From contig OZ260664.1 of assembly GCA_965285935.1 (NCBI GenBank), positions 19,406,001 through 19,470,000 on the forward strand: a DNA stretch of 64,000 nt. The letters are read 5' to 3'. Positions 26,986 through 40,717 of this stretch are shown here, piece after piece (positions within the stretch are counted from its first letter, which is position 1; each line of letters starts with the position of its first letter). The notes under the pieces are model-generated. The model was not told where the DNA came from. It searched no databases and saw only the letters and a list, made by a program, of their open reading frames with translations. Origin of the DNA: Ophelia neglecta. Taxonomy: Eukaryota. A program made the position numbers and the translations under genes.

Positions 26986-29900
26986 TTGCCAGAGGAGACC
27001 TTAGCTTGCTATAAACGTTGGGTGAACGACGAATCGAGAGAAGAAAATGCTTTGGTGATAGAAGCCAGTGAAGCAATCATAGGATTTGAAGCAGATAAGG
27101 AGAAAGAGAACACTCAAGCGCGGTCACTAACTACCCAAGCAAATAAAATCTCAAAGCCGCCTGTGTAGCGATAATCACGGCATCTTGGCGTTTACCCGCA
27201 GTTTAAGGCCATGACAACTGAACAGAAGTGGCAGGCTGTCAAAGATGCTAAGACATGTTTCCAGTTTCTATCTACCATCCACCGCAGCGATGACCGTAAA
27301 CGTCGAAAACCATGTGGTTAAAATGGCTGCCCTGGTAAGCATCATCAAGTGTTATACGACAACAGGCCAAGACTGGGAGGCAGTTATAGCAGCCAGGATG
27401 GAGTTTCAACTGAAGTTGGTACTGCAGCTCAACAATCATCAAATAAACAGTTAAGGGCTGATATAGCCACTGAAAGACATACACCAGCTGCACTCCAGTG
27501 GCAGCAGCATCAAATGTAAGGTTTGTGAAGTTTTAGCCCTTAGAACCATCCAAGTTATTGTCAAGCTTGGTGATGTTGAATCATACATTTACGCCTTATG
27601 GGATGATGGAGGTGGTCGACCCTTCATATATCAGGACCTGATTGGTCTTATGGTCTCTCGGGAGAGCCGGCGACCTTGTCTTGACCTTGATTGTGTTGGC
27701 GGCAGCTTAAACCAAGTAGCTTGTCAAACAGGTGACTTTTCAGCTGAGTGTGTGGATGGTCTCTATAAAACCGCAGTAACATCACTAACAGTCCGCGAGT
27801 ACTGGGGATCATGCACAGGGTGGAATGGACAGTTTGGGTATATCAATAGACCCAATGGACATACCTTGCCCAGTATTGGAATTTAGTTTGTAATTGGATC
27901 TGGTATAAGTTGGCGGCATATTAATGTTGTGCCATGAGGTGCCTGTGAACCTATGGCCCGTCTGAATCCGTAAGGTTGGACGTGCACTGGCCCTAGCAGT
28001 CAAGATGACATGAACCATTGTTCGGCTTACTCTTTCTTTCTGCAGACTGATGAGGCAGTGGAGGCTATGATGAAGAAATGTTTGGGAAATTGAGAACCCA
28101 ACCACTATCATTACAGTAAGCCCAGAAGAGCAGGAAGCACTGAAAAGTGTCCGAAGGAAGGTATAAGACGAATGATATAAGTTGAATGATACTGTAAGCC
28201 TTTAACTTGGAAAGCAAAGAAACCAGAATTGGCAGATAACAAAAAACAGACAATAAAAAGGCTCGTACTCCACACAGAGGAAGCTGGGCATAGATTCTGA
28301 GTTGGCAGCAGGTCATTAAGGGCTATTTACAGGAAAGATTCACAAGACGTGTCACAGAAATCAAGGACAACGCAAACACCAAATATATCCTGCCCCAAGT
28401 TTTACGTCCCGACAAGCCAACTGCTAAGACCAGACCAGTCTTTCATGCTTCAGCCAAATGCCATGGATTGGCACCGCATCATACATTACAATCAGGGCCA
28501 AACATTCAGAATGTCTTAAGATTCAGGTACTATGAGGTTGTACTTGTCTCAGATGTGAAAGAGATGTACTTGCAGATAGGAATCCTGGCTGAAGACTCCA
28601 TTTACCACAGATTCTTCTGGCGAGATTTGAAGTTGCCTGAGACACCTCAGGTATATGAGTTAACGCTTGAGGCATTAAAGCTCAATTTATCTCCGTCTAT
28701 TGCTCAGTATAGGTCCAGTCTCAATGCAACAGAACACATCTGTACACATCCCAGAGCAAGCGAGACACGGTTGGAATATACATATATGGACGATTCCATG
28801 GACCCTTTGGAATCTGAGATGCAGGGTTTCAGCCTGTCCAAAGAACTATTGGATCTGTGTGGCAAGGCCGGCAGGAGTGCACGTAAATGGCATTCACAGA
28901 ACTATAAAACTGTGCTTGCTGCTTCTCAAGGAAAGCAGATCAGAGAGCCCGGATCTGGTTACGGAAGGAAGCGGAATCAAAGAAAATCCAAGGTAGATCA
29001 GAGTGTACGCTTTTTAGGAGAATTGAAAATAAAACAATCATGGGGGTCAGAGCGCCTTCGTCAAGACTAGAAACGGTGAATACCTGCCTTGGGCCACAAG
29101 ATACCCCATAATGCTACCACGAAGGGAGAGACCACCAGACTGACTACTGATAATGTACACAGCAGCAAGGGCCCCCTAGGTTTGAATCAAACTTTGTCAG
29201 AACTGTCAGTTACTTACTGGACTCCGGCAGCTAGACATGCCATCAGAGAGAGGTTAGCGTGGGTCGCAGGTTGTCTACTCGTCCCCTGAGACAAGTGATG
29301 GCCCTTCTACCTACAAGTAGATTAAAACCTACTTACTGTCCTTTTGAGCTCACCTGTATTGATTTTGCAGGCCCTTTTATGACAAAAAAGCTCGTGGTAG
29401 ATTGAGGCAAAAGCGTAAACTCTGCCTGTTAACCGTTATGAGTTTGAGGGCGGTTCACCGGGTAATAAGTTATTCAATGGACAATGGCTTAATTCTCCTA
29501 GAACATACAAGGATGATTGCTCGGCGCGGCATGATAAAAGAAATCTGGTCTGACAATGGTTCCAAATTTATGATAGGTGGAGGAAAGCTACGAGAACTGT
29601 CAGACAAACTAGGTCGAGGACAGCTGAGTAGGGCATCACCTCCTGGAGCTCCTCACGTCAGTGGGGTTCATGAATCTCCAATAAAATCCACTAAGGGAGG
29701 GCTAGCTAAGATGCTCTCTTGTGCTGACTTAAGTGACGAGGAGTTACAGATCGCATAGGCGGGGCTGAGAGGCTGTTAAACAATCACCCTCTCACCTATC
29801 AGGCGGCTGATTCAAGTGATCCGCCTTCTTTTACGCATTAACTTATCCTCACACTGATTGTAGAGCCTGAGTCAGCATATGTTGTATCATTCAACCCCCG

Positions 29901-30030
29901 TAATCGCAGAAGACGTATACGGGATATGCTGATACACTTCTTGGCGCGATGGATCGAGGAATGGCTTCCCAGTCTGGCTCAGCGTTCAAAGTTGGGAATG
30001 ACCTTTAGAGACTTAGAAAAAGAAGACGTG
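26986..30030 (+). mobile_element. Degenerate BEL/Pao LTR retrotransposon internal region (gag-protease-RT-integrase), internally deleted, no LTRs seen
   Basis: Gag knuckles FKAMTTEQKWQAVKDAKTCFQFL..H..CG*NGCPGKHH (about 27200-27350); protease-like YALWDDGG (about 27590) and ARLNP*GWTCTG. RT: VLRPDKPTAKTRPVFHASAK, SGPNIQ, LRFR..VVLVSDVKEMYLQI, RFFWR, YMDD. Integrase: YW..AR..IR, IDFAGPF, RAVH, IWSDNGSKF, PPGAPH..GVHE, LLNNHPLT, RWIEEWLPSL. Many stops and frameshifts. Confidence 0.92.
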
Positions 30031-33000
30031 GAAGTTCCAAATTGTAACGTGTCGGTGTGTACGGCAATATCTCTTTCAGGGAAAACGCATGTTGTTGTAA
30101 CATAGCCGAATTACGCCTTTAATGTAATCTCGATCTTCACTTGGTGTCAAAGAGGCAATTTAACATACATGCACATTAGATGATTAAATGACCATATTCT
30201 AGATATTAAGAACTTTCATTGAGAATTTATAACTGAAATTCGTATACGTTGAATATGGAAATATGTGCCACTTAAGTTTGAACACTGATAAGTTGACTAA
30301 TATGATGATATCGCAATGATGACCCCGTAGTCACATTTCCTTTGGGAATGCAGCCCGACTCTATGTAATCGAGTTCCTGGAGAAGCACTTAACAATTACA
30401 ATTGGTTTGAACAGAAAATCAATTTTGTCACCAAACTTTGGTCGCGATATCTTGCCACGGAACAGGCATCTTCCGATAACTGCCATTCCCGAACATTGGC
30501 ATTGCACACATACACGTCCTACAAGATGGAATGTATTCAACACTTGCACGCTGACAGAGAGCGCTTAATGCATCTTAGTCTGATAGTAAAGAAGTTATTC
30601 GCAAATGCTAATGTTAACCCACAATTTACCTAGCTTAATTACCGAGTTGTTGAAGTTTTGTAAATCACATTTGATGTAGCCAACTTGTGTAATTTAATAT
30701 AATAGGAAAAAGGTTCTTATTGTCTATGCTTTCAGAGATTACAAACCCTGTTGCAATTAACATGTATGTATTTACCTTTGGATAATTAGCAATAGGCAAT
30801 ATGTCATTTATACTTTAACTTGTTGAGGAATTCTTTTATACTTTTAACTTTTGGTGAGAAATACAGTGAGCTTTTATTATGAGGCACATGAATCGCTGGG
30901 AGTAAATCCTATACCTTTGCCTTATAAATGAATTTTCGATCTATACTCTGGATATGTCATCTATAGTAAAATATACCCAATGGTAACAACTCTAAGAGAA
31001 ATTCTCGACAGTCATTAAGGTAAGTATATTTTTACCTTTTCGATTCACAGTTTCTGTCGTTTGAGATAGTATACGAAATATTGAATTGTAATATTGCACG
31101 GCCTATCTATAGGTGATCTGTTATATATGTACAATAACGGCGAGGAGATCTCGGTCATGGCGGGTCGCCTGCTTGTGAAGATGGAAATATTGAATCAACA
31201 AATGGAAAGAAAAACTTTACAATTAACTTGTCCCTTTATCGTATTGTGGTTGGGAGTTTGGAATTCATTCATGGGCAGTACGCTCTGAACACGCCAAGTC
31301 ATACGGTAGTCGACTTAACACTATTACTATGGGTCCAGTAAGATCGATTCTCCTTTGTCAGGATCCCTGCAGCAGAATAATAAATTGATCACAGCTTAAT
31401 CAAACGTCCAATTTGAATAAGGGTCTGACACAAAATGTCACGTATAAAGGTAATTAGTGCTATTGAAATGTGACTACTAAATTGTGTTAATATATAAGTA
31501 TACTCTTTGCAAGAAACGTATTAGACAATATCATTTGAAGGGTATTTGTGACATGGCTAGACAAAGGAGCAGGCGAAAATCCCCAGAATATTAGTTGCCA
31601 TAGCATTGCTGCTTTCATATGTATTTGCTTAGAGTTGCTTCAACGTAGAATTGTTGAGATCATTCGGTTTATTTCTATGTAAATGTGATTTTAATGTATT
31701 TTATTCCAGTGCAGCATTCTTAAATTTACTTGTCATATGACATTTCCTCGGCTGGATACACGGCGCTATACTATCATCCACTTACTTTTTACTAACTGTT
31801 CCATCATAGACAAAAAGTAGGATTTTATGCGACTGCACATGCTATTGGGCCTGGTGTTAACTTTCGGACCAGGAAGAGATATTTCATCCTAAAATGGACA
31901 CGTAACAGTGACGGTGATTATATAAAGCCGCTTAGCTTGCCACAGTATTAATACATCTTGAATTACTTTTTTGTGGCAAGATTATTTGAACATACTAAGA
32001 TCCAAGCCATGAAAAAGATTTGCGCACTTGATGAATGAACTTCTGTACGTAATAATTTCAATACAAAATGCTTAAACTAATGCATGGATAGTGCGCACTA
32101 TGAACTTACGTTTCAGTTATTATATATCCCCTCGCCAAGGTCAGCATAGGCATAAGGTATATTTGTTTGTTCACACTGCTGAAAACTTCTCGTTGTAATG
32201 TCATAATTCATTCTGTTGCGTATTAGTTTATATCGAAGTTGGTTGCTTCGTTTTTTAATAAACCCACGAAAATGTATTTAATGTTTGTGTTTTATATCCT
32301 TAGGTATCCACTCCGGTTGATTTTAGACAATGTCAAACAATGTCCATACGTACGCCAGGAATCATTTAAATTAACATTGGAACATTGGAATTTACACTAG
32401 CATAAATGCGGGCTTAATCCTGTGTTCATGGAAAGCCCCCCCCCCCCCCCCCGTTGACTTTCCTTAATATTCGCTTCATGTGACGTTACTTATTCATCAG
32501 GAAGTTAAAAGACGCTTTTTTAGTAGGATTGTGAACATTACCAATTTGACATATATCTTCCCATCTGTATTCGATAGCATCGTTTTTTAAGTCAGCATCT
32601 GTCCCATTCTTGAACTACCCAGCATGGATTTATACAACACTAATCAACCGCAGATTACCATTTTTCTCAGAAACAAATGATCAAAAGCTGCGGCTAACGG
32701 TAATCTTCCAGACTTAAGGCCTATTAGTGTATCTGGTCGCGTTCCAAGTGGGACCGTTAAGGCCACATAGCCCGCTCTGTTTTATGTGACGTCTACTCGT
32801 TTGCAATGTGCATTAAATAATGCCGTTTTTTCTTCACTTGAGCTAGTGATCCTTTCGGTAATTGAAGGTTGCTTTTTTGGAGCTTCCAAAGTCTGTCTCC
32901 CAGTCTACAACTGCAATCCCTTATACTAATGTTCATTAAACTAGTCATATTGGACCCATGTACGATGTTCTATTATCACTGTTATAGCAACGTTTGAACC

Positions 33001-33204
33001 CACACCCCCATTCTACTACTGTTTTATTGTCTCCTGCCGAATATATCGATTTTGAATGAATTAGGTAAATATCTACTGCACTATTACACTAGTAAACACA
33101 ACGGTATCAGAATTATGACAGCAAAATTGCGATCCATAAGAATCTCTGACGTTTTACTAGTTAACATTTCAACTCATTGTTTTTCCCATTTTGGGCATTC
33201 TGTT

Positions 33205-33520
33205 AGATTCAGATTCAGATTCAGACGAATTTTATTTAGACCTTTTACAAAGGTAATTCAATTTACAAATGAAAAAAAAGACTAGATATTTATGTATGTT
33301 GAAACAATAAGATGAACAATACAAACATTTGTATGCTGGATAGGTCAGGCAGACTCTCACCAAAGACAAGTACTTGGCGCTACTGTGAGAGCCCCCCGAA
33401 TTAGATATTAATTAAATAACAGTTCATACATAACGTCAAGAGGATAATAGGACAAAAAATGCAATTGAAAGAAAGACAAAAAGAAACACCAAGCAGCAGG
33501 CTCAGAGATCACATACATTC
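33205..33520 (-). mobile_element. Probable 3' end of a non-LTR retroelement (CR1/L2-group style tail)
   Basis: The minus strand reads ...CTAAATAAAATTCG(TCTGAA)3: AATAAA directly followed by a short tandem-repeat tail, preceded by T-rich UTR-like sequence. The inner boundary is uncertain. Confidence 0.5.
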
Positions 33521-36500
33521 CTCCTTTTTTCTCACACACTTATAAATAAATGCGATAAACAAATGCGATAAATGTGCCTCCTCCAGGAGAATGCATTCCG
33601 GTGGCTCGTGCCTCGTGCGTTTAGCGAATAACAATGTTCAAGGATTATCGTTTAAAATAAGAATAAATTAAAGATAAAGGCATTGCGCTTCTACAATTAT
33701 TTCCACAAACAAATTGGGCCACAAAACAGTACTGATGGTTCTTTTTTTAGCAACGCTCAACGCTTAGTTCTACTCAATTCACTTAAAACAGGTATCAGCG
33801 AGAACAGCGGTGTCTATAGTGTGACTTTCGGAAGATATATCTTAAGCCATATATTTCCTATGGCTTGTCAATGCGTTTGGATAACTTGACGAATATTACT
33901 CGACGAAAAACCTACGGACCTTCTTCATGGTTTAAAATACCACGATTGCCTGGTGAATAGAATCCAGCAATTCCTCTCACCACTTAAATGTTTTATGGAC
34001 CAAGAAACTCATTTGAGAAGTTCAAATCGAGTGAATGACACAGTCATTATTTGATCAATTAGCATCAGAAGACACGAAGGGAATCTGATTAGACATGAAT
34101 CGCGGAAATGCACTCGTTGTCTTAGCAGGAAGGAAATAAAAGGTTAGGTGTCAATGCAAGATGATTGAATGGTGTCCGTGTTATAAAAAGGATAACCGGA
34201 ATCAATAGCATTTGATACAAGAAAGCTGTAATGTGCACGGATATCGAGTCCAAGACATAATATACCATCATGGCTGTGTTGTTTGTTAACCCGAGAGGCT
34301 TGGGAGAACAGAATACCCCCACTTTAATGAGACAATTGTGACAGCGTAGCCCATTTTAATTGCAACGTGGTGCTAGATGTGTTACTGTGCTGCAGTGTTT
34401 GCTAACTCTTGCCTTGATTACTTGATTACTATTGTGTGAATTCACAGTAGATGTCGATACTTTATAAGCATTAACATCCATCGCTAACAAGTATTAAACA
34501 TTTGTTGTACAATCGTGTATTATTTCAATGTAAGTCAGGTGCTCCAAACAAAAATGAACCTGAAATGAATGTTTATTTTTCGAACATTACTAAATAAGTA
34601 ATCTATGAAACCAGTTTTATACTATGATGACAATGTGCGTTGAAACCCAAAATTTCTGTGATGCATTCGCATTTAAGTTCAAAAAGTGTTATTTGGCCAA
34701 GCAGAGTAACCAAAAGTGTGTACAGTGTTAAATTGGAGTTTTCTAACCCTTGAGTATATGTAGAAGCAAATTTCCAAATTATCTTAGTTTCACTTTACTC
34801 CCGTTTAAGACATGTACAATCCCAGTAAAAATAAGCCCTTTTCTTGAGCAAAGATCACATCACTGCTACTGAAAAGAGATAATTTCAATCTGTCGGAGGG
34901 GGATGACAATTCCACCACTATTAATTGATTGTTAATTTACCTTTAAACTGTCAATATCGAATTAATTCCAGCATTGTTTCTCTTAATCACGATATGCTAC
35001 CAATGTAAATGTACAAGTTCCAGCAGCATCATTACACATAAATTGAATAGTCTTATTGATAACTACACTGACGGCTCGTTGGCTGACACGTCGTTGCATC
35101 TCCCATCCATGACACAAATCGCCTGTTTTCATAGACATTTTCACTTTGACATGGTCTAGCCAACCTTGCAACTGGCCTATTTTGCCTATAGTCAATTACA
35201 TCATCCTGCTGGAAGTTCCTAAGGTGGCAAAAACATGTATGTTACTTATTCATTTCACCACACGATTGATATAGCCAGGTGATATTGAAGTTATGCTGAA
35301 CCTTAATTGGTGATTGGGGCCACTCTAACAGGCGGCGCATAGTGCCATCCATTTATGTAAATGTATATGTACTGTATGTGCTGCTCGGGAGCAGCTTAAT
35401 ATGCCGCTGGCAGCTCTTAGATCTGGCAGCTGGCTAGCAAATGATAACAGATATAGGTGTTTTAACGAAGATTTTTAGCTAAAAAAAAAAGCGAATATAC
35501 AGACATTTTACTTTGTATGGATTTTACACTTTTTGGCCATATTTGACAGTTCAGTCGTTGGGAACTATTATTTATCCACATATGTGATACTCTGTCCATA
35601 ATGTATATGACACGTAACCACCAACTGGTTAGTGACAAACGTATCTAGCTGGTTTAATGAAAATAGAATATTAAGTTTTACCAGGAAAATCATAAATATA
35701 ATGACCAACATTTCACAAAAATTGAGTCATTAATGTCAAAATATTGAGATAATTTGTCGCTGTTTATAACTGACATAAGTCAAAGTCATTCGGACAGCAA
35801 ATAGCATTAATGTAAATACACTTATTTAGACATTCAATGTGTCAATATCAAAAACACCTGTTGTAGAAGTGTCATCTAAATCAACACAAATAAATCCACA
35901 GCACACAGAATACTACTTTTGAGCTCAAGACAGCACTCGCCGCTGAGATATACAATGACTTGCCGGTAAAGCTGTTAATATTATAATTAGTTGCGAGGAA
36001 TAATTATGTGGATTGCACCTTAAAGTGTTTATGTGTGGCTGTTATAGGTAGTTTGTCTTATCTGAATACCGCAGTTTACCTTATATATAGGCCATTTCAA
36101 GGATTAACAGGTATTGCAACACGCTTAAGGCAACATGCATTCCCGAATAGCTCTTCCATCAAGGCTCTTCCACCTATTACTACAACAAGAGTGCCCCTCA
36201 GGGAAGCATTTTAATTTTTGTCCCAGCTTTAAGGGTTATTCTTATTACAGAAAGTACGATTACAAAGTGCAAAGTGTCCCACAAGCGATATTAATCATAA
36301 AGAAGGAGGGCGTGCTCGTCTTCTTCACACATCTAGGGCGCTTTCGGGAAAGTCTTGCAAAAGAAACGTTTCATCAGTATAAAGTTACTTCCCCTCAAGC
36401 CGGAAAAAAGCTATGATTGTATTCAAATATAAGTAACCAGGCCACGCAGATGATTTATATAGAGCAGTGTCTTAAATTTTTATTGCCGCCAATAATAACT

Positions 36501-39500
36501 ATAGAAAACTGTGAACTGAGGTGCATGTTTCAGTAATGTTTGACTAAAATTTACGGTACAACCGGGCATGCTTATCATTATTTGCTTCTCAATAGTTTAA
36601 TATGCATGCATACATATGTACATGAAGAAAATGTTAAATTGTAAAGTTAATCAGGCATGCTTTAAATGTGATTAATATCATGTACTTGAAACTTATCATG
36701 AAATATTAATTTCCATGAGATTATACGTCTAACGATCGTCTTACTATCATAACGCAATGGATTTGAACCGAATTTAAAAGTATTGAACCAATCCAACATG
36801 TATTTAATGTCAACATTGTACTGTTTAATTCGGTCTCGCGTGTTATATTGAATATTGGTGATTGTATATTATTATACATTCCATCAGTGTTTTTTTCCAT
36901 CAGTGTTTTATTCAATATATATTTTTGCTGTACAATTTCACCTTTGATTTAATTTGTCTTGAATTAAAATTGTCATGGACATTACAAGTTTTCAATTTCC
37001 TTTTGTCATTTTAGTTTAGTTCATTACAATCAATTCGTCATGTTTAATACTCTTACCTACACATTTCAAAGCATTATTTGAAAGGATGATCCCATTAAAT
37101 ATAGTTGGTACATAACTGTAAGTCCCGTGTGATCCCAAACACAAGCCTTTACGTATGGCCAAGTTAAATTTCAGGTGAGGCACGGAACAAAAAGTTCAAT
37201 ACAAGTATTACCAATAGACTCACAATCAGGTCGTCAAAACTTTGAATCATCAGCATATAAAAGAAGGTTTAGTTTCTTCATCTTGAAATGGCAAAAACAA
37301 ATCTTGAATTGTGGAGCGTTAAATGTCTTGCTTCTGTAATTTATGTACTGCAAGTACTTCTAGATTGTTCTAGCACAGCAAAATTAATCTGCCAACTTTA
37401 TCATGATATATGTATGGCGCCGATAAGGAACGGGTTGTATGTTGCTTTGCAATAGAATGCAATATCTTTGGATGAGTAGAAACTCACTTAGTAAACTGTC
37501 ATTATACAATGCTAAGAAATTATCAATTCAGTCGTCGTGCAGTGCAATGGTGGCTGTCGATTATATATGATAAAGAAATACTTGATATGATAAGTTTTTT
37601 CTCTTACCACTTGCATGAATGAAACGGTCTTTCATGTGTATTTCAAGTTCCCTTGACAGATATGCACAGTTCCGTTCAGCGCCAATATACCCTTGGAAAG
37701 TTCGCAGGGGGATTTAGAAAACGACCTTCTGTCAAGTTTCTACCATTTCCTTGTTCAATAGAATGTATGATATCACCGTTGTTCCATATATGGAAACCAC
37801 AAGTGGGTAATTCTACCGCAATGGATCACAAGTAACCATTGGATAAAGCTAAAGTGTTACTAGCTGTAACTACTGTTAATCCTCAATTTGTATATGTGGC
37901 CACTTTCCTAGCCGGAGTTATTTGGTAATGAAGACAACTTTGCTTATTTGCCTGGAAAGCCGACTATGCCTGGCCCAACTCCCGGTAAACTAATTATACT
38001 TAGTTCATACCATATATCACATGGTGCTTATGAAGGCCCTCGATTTCACGTTTACAATATAGATGCAGTCGTTTCATACTTTCTTGGGGTCGTGTGATAG
38101 TTAATGGCATTCAGACTTCTTGCAAATAAGGGCTATTAGATTGCGGGTAGGCCAATTCAGTATGTTAGGCAAACAGCTGACTTGTTTAAAGCCAACTCAT
38201 TGGATGGTTTTAGGAATACTATTTGTTCAATCATCTGATCAACTACTGGTCAAACAATCATAAATTTTCGCTACAAAAAATAGTTCTGGTTGGAAAGCGA
38301 TGAAAATGAAGAGCAACCTGAGGGCCATGGTTATGGTCTTTAACTGAAAACAACGGTGTTTTATTATAGTTACCGCTAGTTTATGACACAAACAATATAA
38401 AAAATGGAATGATTTCAACATAAATAGGGCAATTACAGCTTCACCACGAGAACCTCTGTAGCAAATATTGTTGATTAGAATTGTTTCAGTCTTTTGACGT
38501 ATCAAACTATACTAGGAGAAGCCAGATCTGAGCATCAATGCAGACACGTGCACTTGGACCGGGGCACTGATGAAGGGTGAAATAGCTTGGAGTAAATGTA
38601 TATGATCCTATAATAAGGCTTCCTGCAATATTAATGCATATTCCTTTAAGATCTATTTACTTTTTCGATCTCACTGATTTCATTTCAAGAAGCTGAAACT
38701 ATGTAATATATTTTCCTATATTATCTGACGGTGGGTTGATCAAAGAGAAGCCGCAATCCGATTAGTGCTCTCAACATTGTTTGTACTCCCTGTGATATCA
38801 AATTTACGGGAAAAATGACTCTAAGGCTGGTTTACCTAGACTGGACCAAGACCATAGTAGGAAATTGTTATATCTGTGACGTGGCTCCGGATTTAATTCC
38901 CTATCAGAAAATACCTAAGAGTCATATTTTTTTAAATAAGATTTTTCATTTTGTAAAAAATCAATATGTTCGTAAAATGTGGAAATACGCATATTAAATG
39001 GCGTTAGTTATACAAATAACGTTTGTTATCAATGGATAGCGCGTCCCCCTTTAATGAACTGCAAGGGAAAGGTTCATGGTTTGAAAACCTGTATAGGCAG
39101 GGGAATGTTGACTTAAGCAACTCATGGCGACTAATAACGCAACAAACCCTCTGGACTAAAGATGTATACGTCTGCACCCGAACCCGTACATTTCTCTAAA
39201 ATAATTAAACGTGCTGTTTATATTAATACAGTTTACGAGATAGTACAGTATTGTATGAAGATGACAAAATAAATAATAAAATAAAATAGATATTGCTATC
39301 ACGTAATGGAAAGTATGCTATCGGCAAAAGGTAACCATCTCTTTTTACATGAAGTCGTGAACTTCAAATGCTGTATTCATATTTTCTGGAACAAGTATCC
39401 CTCTATGAACAGCTGAGTTTATCTTGTTGAATATAAAGCAATTTATTCAAGCATGATGCTTTGGGGTGTTGTGTCGTTAACAAACTGTGCTTCGATTTGC

Positions 39501-40659
39501 TCTCAAGGACATGGGCTTAATCCGAACCGAGCTGTGGAGATTTGCGAACATCCACAAACCTATCCGCATATCAATGCGTTCCTGTTAAGGATCAAAGGCT
39601 TCTCTCTCCACACTTGTTTTGCCGTAGTAATCGAATGTCGCGGTTTGGCATTGATATCGGGTGCCATATTACAAATCAGGACTCGGAAATGTACTATGTG
39701 TGCCGATCAGTTCTGTCAAGGGCATCTTGAATGGTATTATACTTGTATGACCTCTGGGTTAATACTACACTTATTGAGGTGACGGATTGCTCCTACGTCG
39801 GGGAAATTTATCTCAATGTTTACCCTCAAGTGCCAAGTAGGTACTTTGGAATATCTCATATTTTAAGATTCGGTGAATAAAAGTTACATTAGTTTATAAT
39901 TGTTGGTGATTTAACATATAAGTTGTTTTCTTGTTGATGTCTATTTCATTGAAAACAAAAAAAGCCTTTTAAGCATACCACAATAGGGCAAAAAGAGACA
40001 TTTGATTTATAATTCAAAAGGTTCTATAAGTTGACAGCAATTTTCCGATTCCCACAGCATTCAAGATGCACACTTAAAAAATTTAGGGTTTTAGGTCTGA
40101 TTAAAAAAAATACATCGAGCGCTGGTGTCTAAATAAGTAACCCAGCATATTGCTCTGCATATTGAACTGGTATTTTGCAAAGTCACAGATATATATTCAA
40201 ACAATTTATCCAAGTATATGAAGACCTGTAGACTTCAATTAAGGATTCCATCAGGCTAAAGAAGAGTCAATATACGATCGATGACTGTCGTTTAGTCTGC
40301 TTATTTGTTCTTGTTCTTTTAACTCCATCTTAGCATGATGGAGCCTTTAAACTTCATCCCTGCTAACGTCCAACGTGAGGCGTTTTCATCCTCAGCCTCA
40401 AAACTATGTGAGAGCTCGGTCAACCATGGACTCCCTTGGGGCATTATATATGTCTGTCCTCTGTTGTTCGCTGACTCGTGGGGGATAGATGAATATGGGC
40501 CTGTAGCTGGAGGTTGAATAATCAAACTGGCTAAGAGGAATATTTTCAGTTTTTAACATATATTAATAATTATTTTTAACAATCAAATTTCCAAATAATT
40601 GAGAGAAAAATGTGAATGAATACGCAGCTGAGAAGACAAAAAAATTAATCGAGAATATA

Positions 40660-40663
<4 letters not shown>

Positions 40664-40714
<51 letters not shown>
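40664..40714. repeat. (TA)n microsatellite, about 25 units
   Basis: Directly visible. Shorter (TA)n tracts lie at about 55809-55828 and 58228-58247. Confidence 0.95.

Positions 40715-40717
<3 letters not shown>

Noticed and set aside
28468-29070. Stand-alone or domesticated reverse transcriptase, or a retron-like system
   Set aside because: It is embedded in collinear BEL/Pao gag, protease and integrase remnants with stops and frameshifts, and internal RT motifs are eroded.
39030-39620. Degenerate SINE-like heads
   Set aside because: Only partial A/B-box resemblance, and the boundaries cannot be supported.
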